Below, one piece after another: positions 8,589-16,007 of a DNA stretch of 32,698 nucleotides. Each line of letters starts with the position of its first letter. The stretch's first letter is position 1. The translations under genes were made by a program, and so were the position numbers. Below the pieces are notes generated by a model, which worked only from the letters and a program-made list of their open reading frames with translations, was not told where the DNA came from and made no database searches. The DNA is from Anaerovoracaceae bacterium (GTDB lineage: Bacteria; Verrucomicrobiota; Kiritimatiellia; RFP12; UBA1067), in NCBI GenBank assembly GCA_963629255.1, contig CAVGIZ010000001.1, forward strand, positions 1-32,698. Reading direction: 5' to 3'.

Positions 8589-8608
8589 CGGGGGGCGCCG
8601 CCCCCCGT
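8589..8608. repeat. 20-nt GC hairpin CGGGGGGC-GCC-GCCCCCCG(T) (copy 1 of 2)
   Basis: Identical 20-mer at 32621-32640. GGGGGGC/GCCCCCC arms with a 3-nt loop. Confidence 0.9.
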
Positions 8609-8675
8609 AACCTTGGGTCGCACCCGCCATCGGCGCGGCAGTTTTTCTCCCCACGCAAAACCCTCGCACCCACCC

Positions 8676-8701
8676 AATCCACTTTTCATGAAAAGTGGAT
8701 T
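8676..8701. repeat. Perfect 26-bp palindrome AATCCACTTTTCATGAAAAGTGGATT
   Basis: All 13 base pairs checked position by position. Intergenic, about 230 nt from the aconitase -10 and about 280 nt from the sORF/Na-Pi -10. Confidence 0.95.
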
Positions 8702-8973
8702 GATACACTTTTTCAGATTCAACAATTTCATTTCGTCTTCCTCCAATAAATTCATTCAATGCTCAGACTCATTATCATCCTCGCACCCTCAAGCCCAAAG
8801 TGCCACGGCAATGTGTCTCTTATCATAAAACGGGATAACCGCGGCACTTTTTAGCTGGTTACAGCATTTGATCTTTGACAATTGAATATTTTTGATACGC
8901 GGGAAGAAGCCGCGGAGAGAAAAGTTGCATTCTAACAGAATCCTAACAATTCTCTCATATTCGCCTCACACAG

Positions 8974-8987
8974 ATATGAGATAATAT
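8974..8987 (+). promoter_or_regulatory. Variant promoter word ATATGAGATAATAT for the sORF/Na-Pi transporter operon
   Basis: 12 of 14 matches to the ATATGGTATAATAT word. -10 GATAAT at 8980-8985, about 33 nt upstream of ATG 9019. Confidence 0.45.
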
Positions 8988-9018
8988 GAGCGTCTTGAAA
9001 TAAAAAGGAGAACTGTAA

Positions 9019-9147
9019 ATGAAAGACATAGAAGCTGAAGTTGGTAAAGGCGGCGCTTACAAGCGTGCGGTCCTCATCAAGCTCGCGATTGCCGCAGTGA
9101 CAATCGTGTTGCTGTTCGTCCTCAATTGGGATGGAGGAAACCTCTGA
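9019..9147 (+). CDS. 42-aa small membrane protein (upstream sORF, translationally coupled)
   Basis: My translation: MKDIEAEVGKGGAYKRAVLIKLAIAAVTIVLLFVLNWDGGNL. GGAG (9007-9010) lies 8 nt upstream of the ATG. One TM helix. Stop TGA overlaps the next ATG (TGATG). Too short for the ORF track. Confidence 0.5.
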   Translation: MKDIEAEVGKGGAYKRAVLIKLAIAAVTIVLLFVLNWDGGNL

Positions 9148-10829
9148 TGACGGCGAATATGCAGTTGTTTGCGACCGTCTTTGGCGGGCTCGCAATATTC
9201 CTCTATGGTATGACGTTGATGTCGGACGGGCTTCGCGAGACGGCGGGCGAACGCATGAAGGCCATTCTCGGCTACATGACGCGCAACCGTTTCTTCGCGA
9301 TTTTGGCTGGCGCCATTATTACGGGCTTGATTCAGTCGTCCTCGGCGACGACGGTGATGACGGTTGGTTTTGTCAATGCGGGGCTTCTTTCGCTGACGCA
9401 GGCGATTGGCGTCGTGTTTGGCGCGAACATTGGTACGACCGTGACGGGCCAGCTCGTTTCCTTCAACTTGAGTGACATTGCCCTTCCCGCGGTTGCGGTG
9501 GGTGTGATTGGGTTGATGTTCTCGAAGAAGGTTGTGACGCGCGGCGCGTGGCGAACGGTCCTTGGGTTCGGCTTTCTCTTCTTTGGCATGAACATGATGA
9601 CGAACGAATTGAAAGTGCTTGCAGAAATGCCACGCTTCATTGCGTTCTTCTCATCCTTTGATTGCACGCCTGTGAATGGCCGCTTGCCGTTTGGTTCGGT
9701 TCTTGGCGCGATTGCGGTTGGCACGGCTTGCACGATGATTGTGCAAAGTTCGTCCGCGACAATTGGCATTACGATTGCGCTGGCGACGACGGGCGTCATT
9801 GGTGTGTGGACAGCCATTCCGATTGTCCTGGGCGACAATATTGGCACAACCATCACCGCGGCACTTGCCTCGATTGGCGCCAACGCGAACGCGCGCCGCA
9901 CGGCCCTCGCGCACGCCCTCTTCAACTTGATTGGCACTTGCCTCGTCGTCCTCAGCTTCACAATCGTGACGACTGACCGCGATGGAATTGCCGCGCCGGT
10001 TTTCTTCCACCTTGTTGAAATGTGCACAGAAGGCCGTGGACTGATGGGCGAAAATCCGGGCCGCTACGTCGCCATGGCGCACTCCATCTTCAACGTGACA
10101 AACGTGATTGTGCTTTCGGCGTTCATCCCGCTCTTGGCGCGCCTCTGCGAAAAAATCATTCCAGAGCGCCGTCGTTCAAAGTCCTTGAACATGCTTGAAC
10201 CCCGCCTCCTCGCGGCGCCCGACCTCGCAATTTCTGCCGCGGTCCGTGCTCTGTCCGATATGACCCGCCGCGCCACGACGCTTGTGAATGTGGCCGTCAA
10301 ATCGGGCCTGGGCGACGCGGCCGTTTCCGATGAGTCGCTTCATACGGCAGAAGATGAAGTCGACCGCCAACAGCTTTCTATTCGCGATTACCTCATCTCA
10401 ATTTCGCAACGCAAGCTGAGTGAAAATGCCGCGCGCGCCTTGCCCGAAATCGTCCACTGCATCAATGATGCCGAACGTATTTCCGACCTCGCGCTCATTC
10501 TCTCGCGCCGCACCGCTAAGGGCCGCAATGACCTGACGCATGACGACCGCGAACTCCTCCGCGACATTCTTCATTCAATCCGCCACCTCTCGCGCTCGAC
10601 CCTCGCGGCGCTGAAAGGCGATTTGAAAGCGGCCGAATTGGCCAAGACGCAAGAGCAAGAAGTTGTGGATCAAATCCGCAAAGTCAATGCACGTAGCGCG
10701 GCAAATCTTCATACAAAAGAAGCAGACGCCAAAGCGGATGGCTTCATTCTTGTGGGCGTCCTCGCATTGATTCGCGACATCGCCCGACATTTGGGGAACA
10801 TCGCCTCGCGCGCGCCCCAAATCATCTAA
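9147..10829 (+). CDS. Na/Pi-cotransporter family protein with C-terminal PhoU-like domain
   Basis: 560 aa from ATG 9147, with GGAGG 10 nt upstream. Duplicated motifs: LIQSSSATTVMTVGF and QSSSATIGITIAL. Helical, charged C-terminal domain. Confidence 0.8.
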   Translation: MTANMQLFATVFGGLAIFLYGMTLMSDGLRETAGERMKAILGYMTRNRFFAILAGAIITGLIQSSSATTVMTVGFVNAGLLSLTQAIGVVFGANIGTTVTGQLVSFNLSDIALPAVAVGVIGLMFSKKVVTRGAWRTVLGFGFLFFGMNMMTNELKVLAEMPRFIAFFSSFDCTPVNGRLPFGSVLGAIAVGTACTMIVQSSSATIGITIALATTGVIGVWTAIPIVLGDNIGTTITAALASIGANANARRTALAHALFNLIGTCLVVLSFTIVTTDRDGIAAPVFFHLVEMCTEGRGLMGENPGRYVAMAHSIFNVTNVIVLSAFIPLLARLCEKIIPERRRSKSLNMLEPRLLAAPDLAISAAVRALSDMTRRATTLVNVAVKSGLGDAAVSDESLHTAEDEVDRQQLSIRDYLISISQRKLSENAARALPEIVHCINDAERISDLALILSRRTAKGRNDLTHDDRELLRDILHSIRHLSRSTLAALKGDLKAAELAKTQEQEVVDQIRKVNARSAANLHTKEADAKADGFILVGVLALIRDIARHLGNIASRAPQII

Positions 10830-10839
10830 CCCTCTCCTT

Positions 10840-10867
10840 CCCCCGTGTCGAGTGACCGGGGGTTTTT
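10840..10867 (+). terminator. Intrinsic terminator after the Na/Pi transporter gene
   Basis: CCCCCG(10840-45)/CGGGGG(10857-62) plus inner GTC/GAC pairs, followed by TTTTT at 10863-10867. It lies 11 nt after the stop. Confidence 0.75.
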
Positions 10868-10903
10868 CCTCCCTTATTTTACTGGGTTGCGCAACGCCGC
10901 AGA

Positions 10904-10917
10904 TTATGGTATAATAT
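10904..10917 (+). promoter_or_regulatory. Extended -10 promoter word TTATGGTATAATAT for the rdgB-HAD gene (leaderless geometry)
   Basis: TATAAT at 10910-10915. ATG 10923 follows after only 7 nt. Confidence 0.65.
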
Positions 10918-10922
10918 ACGCT

Positions 10923-12101
10923 ATGAAACTTTTTATCGCGACGCATAACGCACACAAGGTGCGTGAGATTTCTCAAATCCTCCCAGAGGACTTTGAGGTC
11001 ATTGCCGATGATCCACAAGGCGTGGATGAAAATGCACCGACCTTTGCTGGCAACGCGCTCATCAAGGTGCGCGCCATCGCCGCGCGGCATCCAGGCGCTT
11101 GGTGCATGGCGGATGATTCAGGTATTGAAGTTGTCGCGCTCCACGGCGCACCTGGCGTCCACAGCGCACGCTACGCGGGCGAGGAATGTTCCACCCCCGC
11201 CAACAACGCTCTCCTCCTCAAGAACCTCACAGGCGTCCAAGACCGCCGCGCAAACTTCACGTGCGCCATCGCTCTCATCGACCCAGAAGGCCGCGAGCAC
11301 CTCGCGCTCGGCCGCTGCTACGGCCACATCGCTGAATCCCCCTCCGGTGCCGCGGGCTTTGGCTACGACCCACTCTTTATCCCTGATGGCGAAACGCGTT
11401 CCTTCGGAGAACTTTCTGCCGCGGGAAAAAATGCCATCTCCCATCGCGCCAAGGCCCTCGAGCAAGCCCGGCAAATCTGCCGCGGTGAACATCGTCCCGT
11501 CAAAGGCGTCGTCTTCGATTTCGGCGGCGTCATGACCACCTCCGTCATGCCAGACCGCCTCAAACCCATCATGGCCTCCCTCGGCATTCCCTGGGACGTC
11601 CTCGTGCGCGGCTTCAAGAAGTACCGCAACTTGCACGATGGCGGCTTCCTCACACTCGCTGAAATGTACGCCAAAATCTGGGCAGACGAAGGCATCACCG
11701 TCTCTTCAACCGACCTCCAGCGCATCGTCGAAGTCGATCGTTCCAGCTGGCTCTATCGCAATGAACGCACGCTCGAATGGATGAAGGCCCTCCGCGCGGA
11801 CGGCTATCGCATCGGCATCCTCACCAACATGTCGAACGAATTCGCGCCGCTCTTCCGCAAGTACTTTGGCGACTACATCGCGCAAGCCTCAGCCCTCGTC
11901 ATTTCAGGCGAAGAAAAGCTCTACAAACCGCAACGCGAAATCTACGACCTCGCCCAATCGCGCATGGAACTCCCCGCCGCTGATCTCGTCTTCATCGACG
12001 ATACCCAAACAAACATCGACGCGGCCACAAACGCAGGCTGGCGCGGCATTCGCTTCGAATCAACCGACCAAGCCACACGCGCCTTCGCGTCCCTCACCTA
12101 A
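10923..12101 (+). CDS. rdgB: Fusion protein: RdgB/HAM1 non-canonical purine NTP pyrophosphatase (N) + HAD-superfamily hydrolase (C)
   Basis: 392 aa. N-domain motifs: FIATHNAHKVREI and GFGYDPLFIP. C-domain motifs: VVFDFGGVM (HAD motif I variant) and FIDDTQTNIDAA (motif IV). Confidence 0.8.
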   Translation: MKLFIATHNAHKVREISQILPEDFEVIADDPQGVDENAPTFAGNALIKVRAIAARHPGAWCMADDSGIEVVALHGAPGVHSARYAGEECSTPANNALLLKNLTGVQDRRANFTCAIALIDPEGREHLALGRCYGHIAESPSGAAGFGYDPLFIPDGETRSFGELSAAGKNAISHRAKALEQARQICRGEHRPVKGVVFDFGGVMTTSVMPDRLKPIMASLGIPWDVLVRGFKKYRNLHDGGFLTLAEMYAKIWADEGITVSSTDLQRIVEVDRSSWLYRNERTLEWMKALRADGYRIGILTNMSNEFAPLFRKYFGDYIAQASALVISGEEKLYKPQREIYDLAQSRMELPAADLVFIDDTQTNIDAATNAGWRGIRFESTDQATRAFASLT

Positions 12102-12938
12102 TCAAAAACAAGCGCGGCAAAAAATCCCGCTCGGGCACGCCAACGCGTCGCCCTCCAGCAACATTTCGCCCGCCTCCAACGTCGCCTTCGGGAACAACTG
12201 CCCCAAGATATTCTTCGCCACAATCGGCGAAAGCCCTGGCGTGTGCGACGAGAACAAAACAAACAACGGCCGCGCCGAAAGCAAATCCTTCACCAGCCCC
12301 AACGTCTCCTTCAAATCCCGCTCAATCTTATACATCTCGCCACCCGCCCCACGACCAAACGTCGGCGGGTCCAAAATAATCGCATCATACTGATGACCGC
12401 GGCGAATCTCACGCTTCATAAACTTGTGCGCATCATCCACAATCCACCGAATCGGATGCCCCCCAAGCCCATTCAACGCCGCATTATCACGCGCCCAATC
12501 CACCATCCCACGCGACGCATCCAAATGGCACACCTCCGCGCCCCCCAACGCCGCCGCCATCGTCGACCCACCCGAATACGCAAACAAATTCAACGCGCTC
12601 ACATGCCCTTCCGCGGCACTTCTCTTCTGCACCGTCTCACGAATCCACTTCCATTGCGCCCGCTGCTCCGGAAAAATCCCCAAATGCCCGAAGTCCGTTC
12701 CGCCCAATTTAAACTTAATCCCCGCCGTCTCAATCTGCCATTCCTTCGGCAAGTTCGTCCGCCCATGCCAATGGTTCCCATCCTCACGATCAAACGATGC
12801 ATCCGCCGCGCTCCAATCCGCCGCGCCCAACGTCGGCCGCCACAACGCCTGCGAACACGGCCGCGCCAACACATAACGCCCAAACCGCTCCAACTTGCGC
12901 CCATCACCCGAATCCAACAGTTGATACTCGTCATTCAT
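12102..12938 (-). CDS. Class I SAM-dependent methyltransferase (RlmI/PF10672-like, no PUA domain)
   Basis: 278 aa. Motifs: LNLFAYSGGSTMAAA and YDAIILDPPTFGRG. 4-nt ATGA overlap with the upstream solute-binding protein gene. Confidence 0.75.
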   Translation of the reverse strand: MNDEYQLLDSGDGRKLERFGRYVLARPCSQALWRPTLGAADWSAADASFDREDGNHWHGRTNLPKEWQIETAGIKFKLGGTDFGHLGIFPEQRAQWKWIRETVQKRSAAEGHVSALNLFAYSGGSTMAAALGGAEVCHLDASRGMVDWARDNAALNGLGGHPIRWIVDDAHKFMKREIRRGHQYDAIILDPPTFGRGAGGEMYKIERDLKETLGLVKDLLSARPLFVLFSSHTPGLSPIVAKNILGQLFPKATLEAGEMLLEGDALACPSGIFCRACF

Positions 12939-14695
12939 TTTCTCTGTACCTCCTCATCAAAATTCACGCGCTCCGGCACATTCGGCAAGCACGTTCTCTT
13001 CGCCCTCGCCTCCTTCAATTCCGCCGCGCGATCCTCGTCATACCACCAATACGTCAACACCGCCTCCTCACCCGAAAAACGATCCAGGCACGTCGGCGGC
13101 ATCCCAAACTTGTTCCAATAAATCAGCCTCGTCTCATCCACATGCCACAACAACGCATACGGCACCTCCGCCGCAAGATGCGCATCAATCTCACGATACG
13201 CCTCATTCCTCGTTGCCATATCGGGCATCGTCTTTTCCCGCCGAATCAATTCATCCACCGCGGCACTTTTAAATCCCGTAATGTTGTTCGACCCCTTCCG
13301 CTCCGCCTCGCTTGAAAGCCACATCGCCTCCGGCTCCTTAATCGTCCCCGCGCCCCACGCCGCCCACGTCATATCAAAATTGAACCCATCCATATCCCGC
13401 ATCCACCCCGCAAAATCCTTCCGCACAATCGCCATCCGTATCCCACACGCCCTGAGCGCATGATCAAACAGCGCCAAGAACTTATCCTCCGTCGACGACC
13501 GCGACAAAAACGTAAAGCTAAACACCTTCCCATCCTTCTCCAAAACCCCCTCCGCATTCCGACTAAACCCCGCCTGCGCCAACAACTCCTGCGCCGCCCC
13601 CACATCATACCGCCACAACTCATTCGTACACACATGCTCCCCATCATACAAATCCGTGAAATACGACCTCAACAAAAAATACGCATTCGACATCATCGTC
13701 CGATTCATCGTCTCGCGATCAATCAACATCGCCATCGCCTTCCGCACCCGCACATCATCAAACGGAAACCGCCGCGTATTCATCGCAAATCCCTGAAACC
13801 CAATCGGCGCATGATTCCTCACCCGCCTCTTCAAAAGCCAATTCTTCTCAAACTTCTCCCCATACGTCTCCTGCGCCATAATCCGCGCCGTATACACCGG
13901 ATACACATCAATCGCCTGCGCCTTCAACGCCTCAAACGCATTCTCATTGTCAATGTAATACCTCAAAATAATCCGATCAAAATTATACACATTCCGATAC
14001 GCCTCAAATCCGCCGCGCCACCACGCCCCTTGCCGCCTCCATTCCGCCTCAACCTGCTCCTCTACCCGCGCCAATTCATACGGACCCGACACCACCTCGC
14101 CCACAAAATCAAGCCGATTGAAATCCTTCCCTTCCAAACGATGCCGCGGCAAAATCGGAAATCCCCCCAGCGTAATCAAGTCCCGCCAATTCCGCTCCGC
14201 CTCGCCCTTCTTACGAAACACAACCTTCTCACCATCCACCACCGGCGACTCAAACCCGCCCAACATCACCTTCCAAACCCCCGTATCATTCTTCGCATCC
14301 ATCACCACATCAAACGTCCACTTCACATCCTCCGCCGTCACCCTCTCCCCGTCCGACCATCTCGCACGCTCATCCATCTCAAACACAAACTCTCGCCCAT
14401 CCTCCGACACCTCCCACGCCTTCGCCAGCCCCGGCATCACATCCATCGTCATCGGGTCCATCCCGAGCATCGATTCATACATCAATTCAAACGTCATCCG
14501 CGTGTAAACATTGTTGTCGGTATATCCATTCTGACTCTTCGGCGGCACCGAATTCAATCGTATCGTCCCACCCTTCTTCGCATTCTTCCCCGCCAATGGA
14601 TTCACACGCAAAGCCAAGTCCCGCGGCACTTCTGCCGCGGTCAATACGCTCCCCAACAAAAGGAGAACACAAACCCAATATCCTCGCCTGGTCAT
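12935..14695 (-). CDS. ABC-transporter substrate-binding protein, family 5 (peptide/oligosaccharide type), orphan
   Basis: 586 aa from ATG 14695 (MTRRGYWVCVLLLLGSVLTAAE signal peptide). SBP_bac_5-like sequence: MPGLAKAWEVSEDGREFVFEMDERARWSDGERVTAEDV. The ORF-track ATG at 14704 abuts the -10 box. No permease or ATPase genes are nearby. Confidence 0.8.
   Translation of the reverse strand: MTRRGYWVCVLLLLGSVLTAAEVPRDLALRVNPLAGKNAKKGGTIRLNSVPPKSQNGYTDNNVYTRMTFELMYESMLGMDPMTMDVMPGLAKAWEVSEDGREFVFEMDERARWSDGERVTAEDVKWTFDVVMDAKNDTGVWKVMLGGFESPVVDGEKVVFRKKGEAERNWRDLITLGGFPILPRHRLEGKDFNRLDFVGEVVSGPYELARVEEQVEAEWRRQGAWWRGGFEAYRNVYNFDRIILRYYIDNENAFEALKAQAIDVYPVYTARIMAQETYGEKFEKNWLLKRRVRNHAPIGFQGFAMNTRRFPFDDVRVRKAMAMLIDRETMNRTMMSNAYFLLRSYFTDLYDGEHVCTNELWRYDVGAAQELLAQAGFSRNAEGVLEKDGKVFSFTFLSRSSTEDKFLALFDHALRACGIRMAIVRKDFAGWMRDMDGFNFDMTWAAWGAGTIKEPEAMWLSSEAERKGSNNITGFKSAAVDELIRREKTMPDMATRNEAYREIDAHLAAEVPYALLWHVDETRLIYWNKFGMPPTCLDRFSGEEAVLTYWWYDEDRAAELKEARAKRTCLPNVPERVNFDEEVQRK
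14621..14640. repeat. 20-nt hairpin word CCGCGGCA-CTTC-TGCCGCGG (copy 2)
   Basis: Identical to 6340-6359. Confidence 0.9.
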
Positions 14696-14702
14696 CAACC
14701 AC

Positions 14703-14716
14703 ATATTATACCATAT
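14703..14716 (-). promoter_or_regulatory. Extended -10 promoter word for the solute-binding protein gene (leaderless geometry)
   Basis: The minus strand reads ATATGGTATAATAT. TATAAT (14710..14705) is separated from ATG 14695 by 9 nt. Confidence 0.65.
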
Positions 14717-14774
14717 CTACCCTCCAAACGCAAGTAGGTTTCCTCAAAAAAAGGGACTTTATTTCTCTCTCTAA

Positions 14775-14788
14775 ATATGGTATAATAT
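14775..14788 (+). promoter_or_regulatory. Extended -10 promoter word ATATGGTATAATAT for metK
   Basis: TATAAT at 14781-14786, 42 nt upstream of ATG 14829. Divergent from the promoter at 14703-14716. Confidence 0.65.
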
Positions 14789-14828
14789 ACCCTGTTTCTA
14801 GACAAAGAGTTTTTGTGAGCATTAAGTT

Positions 14829-16007
14829 ATGAATCAGAGCTACATCTTTTCATCGGAGTCCGTCTCCGAAGGCCATCCTGATAAGGTCGCAGACCAAATC
14901 TCGGACGCCATCCTCGACGCGTGCCTCAAGGCCGACCGCTCCGCGCACGTCGCCTGCGAAACCATGGTCGGCCCCGATGTCGTCTTCAACCTCGGCGAAA
15001 TCACTTGCCGCGGCTTCGACAAAATCAACACCGAACACATCGCACGCAAAATCGCCCAAAAGGTCGGCTACGACCGCCCCGAAGAACACTTCAGCTTCGA
15101 TACCTTCGCGTACCATTCCTACTTGCATGGCCAATCCCCTGACATCGCCCGCGGCGTCAATCGCCGCACCGCCGCCAAACAAGGCGCAGGCGACCAAGGC
15201 ATGATGTTCGGCTACGCCACAAATGAGACGCCCGAATTCCTTCCCGCGCCCATCCTCTACGCGCACAAGCTCCTCAAGCACTTCGCGTCCTTGCGCCATT
15301 CAGGCGAACTCCCTTGGCTCCGACCCGATTCCAAAAGCCAACTCTCCATCGTCTATGAAAATGGACGCCCCGTTCGCCTCGACACACTCGTCCTCTCCCA
15401 TCAAACAACGGAAGAAGGCGCCTCCAAAAAACATTATGCCGAGCTCGAACAAATCTGCCGCGACTTCCTCGCCGGCACAAAGCTCCTCACCAACAAAACG
15501 CGCTTCCTCATCAATCCAACAGGTAAGTTCGTCGTCGGCGGCCCTTGCGGCGATTCAGGCCTCACAGGTCGCAAAATCATCGTCGATACCTACGGCGGGT
15601 TTGCCGCGCATGGCGGCGGCGCATTCTCAGGTAAGGACCCTTCTAAGGTGGACCGCTCGGCCGCGTACTACACGCGCTATGCCGCGAAAAACATCGTCGC
15701 TTCTGGCCTCGCCGAACGTTGCCAAATCGAAGTCGCCTACGCCATCGGCGTCGATAAACCCGTCAGCTTCTGCGTGAACACCTTCGGCACCGCGGCACAA
15801 AATGTCACCGAGGCCAAACTCGAAAAAATGCTCCTCTCGGGCAAAATCTTCGACTTCCGCCCCTACGCGATTACGGAGGACTTACACCTCCTCAATCCGC
15901 GCGGCTGGTGCTATCAAGACACCGTCAACTACGGCCACTTCGGGCGCGATATCTTCCCATGGGAAAAACTCAATCGGGTCAAAGCCTTGAAGGCGTGGTT
16001 CAAGTAG
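14829..16007 (+). CDS. metK: S-adenosylmethionine synthase
   Basis: 392 aa. Motifs: SESVSEGHPDKVADQISDAILDA, GAGDQGMMFGYA, GGGAFSGKDPSKVDRSAAY. Confidence 0.95.
   Translation: MNQSYIFSSESVSEGHPDKVADQISDAILDACLKADRSAHVACETMVGPDVVFNLGEITCRGFDKINTEHIARKIAQKVGYDRPEEHFSFDTFAYHSYLHGQSPDIARGVNRRTAAKQGAGDQGMMFGYATNETPEFLPAPILYAHKLLKHFASLRHSGELPWLRPDSKSQLSIVYENGRPVRLDTLVLSHQTTEEGASKKHYAELEQICRDFLAGTKLLTNKTRFLINPTGKFVVGGPCGDSGLTGRKIIVDTYGGFAAHGGGAFSGKDPSKVDRSAAYYTRYAAKNIVASGLAERCQIEVAYAIGVDKPVSFCVNTFGTAAQNVTEAKLEKMLLSGKIFDFRPYAITEDLHLLNPRGWCYQDTVNYGHFGRDIFPWEKLNRVKALKAWFK

Noticed and set aside
8431-8682. N-terminal extensions of longest ORFs in the track: aconitase to 8682, dnaK to 32606, psd to 27880, PHP to 23604, helicase to 20326, rdgB from 10845, uvrB from 3624, SBP to 14704.
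   Set aside because: The extensions run through promoter words (translated as IWYNI or YGIIY) or into upstream genes. They are not supported by alignment to the conserved N-termini of these families.
8676-8701. oriC / DnaA boxes. The palindrome arms contain ATCCAC, which resembles the TTATCCACA core.
   Set aside because: Each arm matches the 9-mer at only about 6 of 9 positions. There is no cluster of further boxes, no AT-rich 13-mer unwinding element that I can recognise, and no dnaA or dnaN nearby.
8517-8828. Three overlapping 74-97-aa ORFs in the aconitase / Na-Pi intergenic region.
   Set aside because: They are G/P/R/W-rich or S-rich low-complexity translations of repeat and palindrome DNA. 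The palindrome gives FMKSGL on both strands. They have no SD and are mutually exclusive.
14789-14828. SAM riboswitch in the metK leader, or a TPP riboswitch near the thiamine pyrophosphokinase gene.
   Set aside because: The metK leader is only about 36 nt from the inferred TSS. The TPK gene is internal to an operon with overlapping stop and start codons. Neither has room for a riboswitch aptamer.
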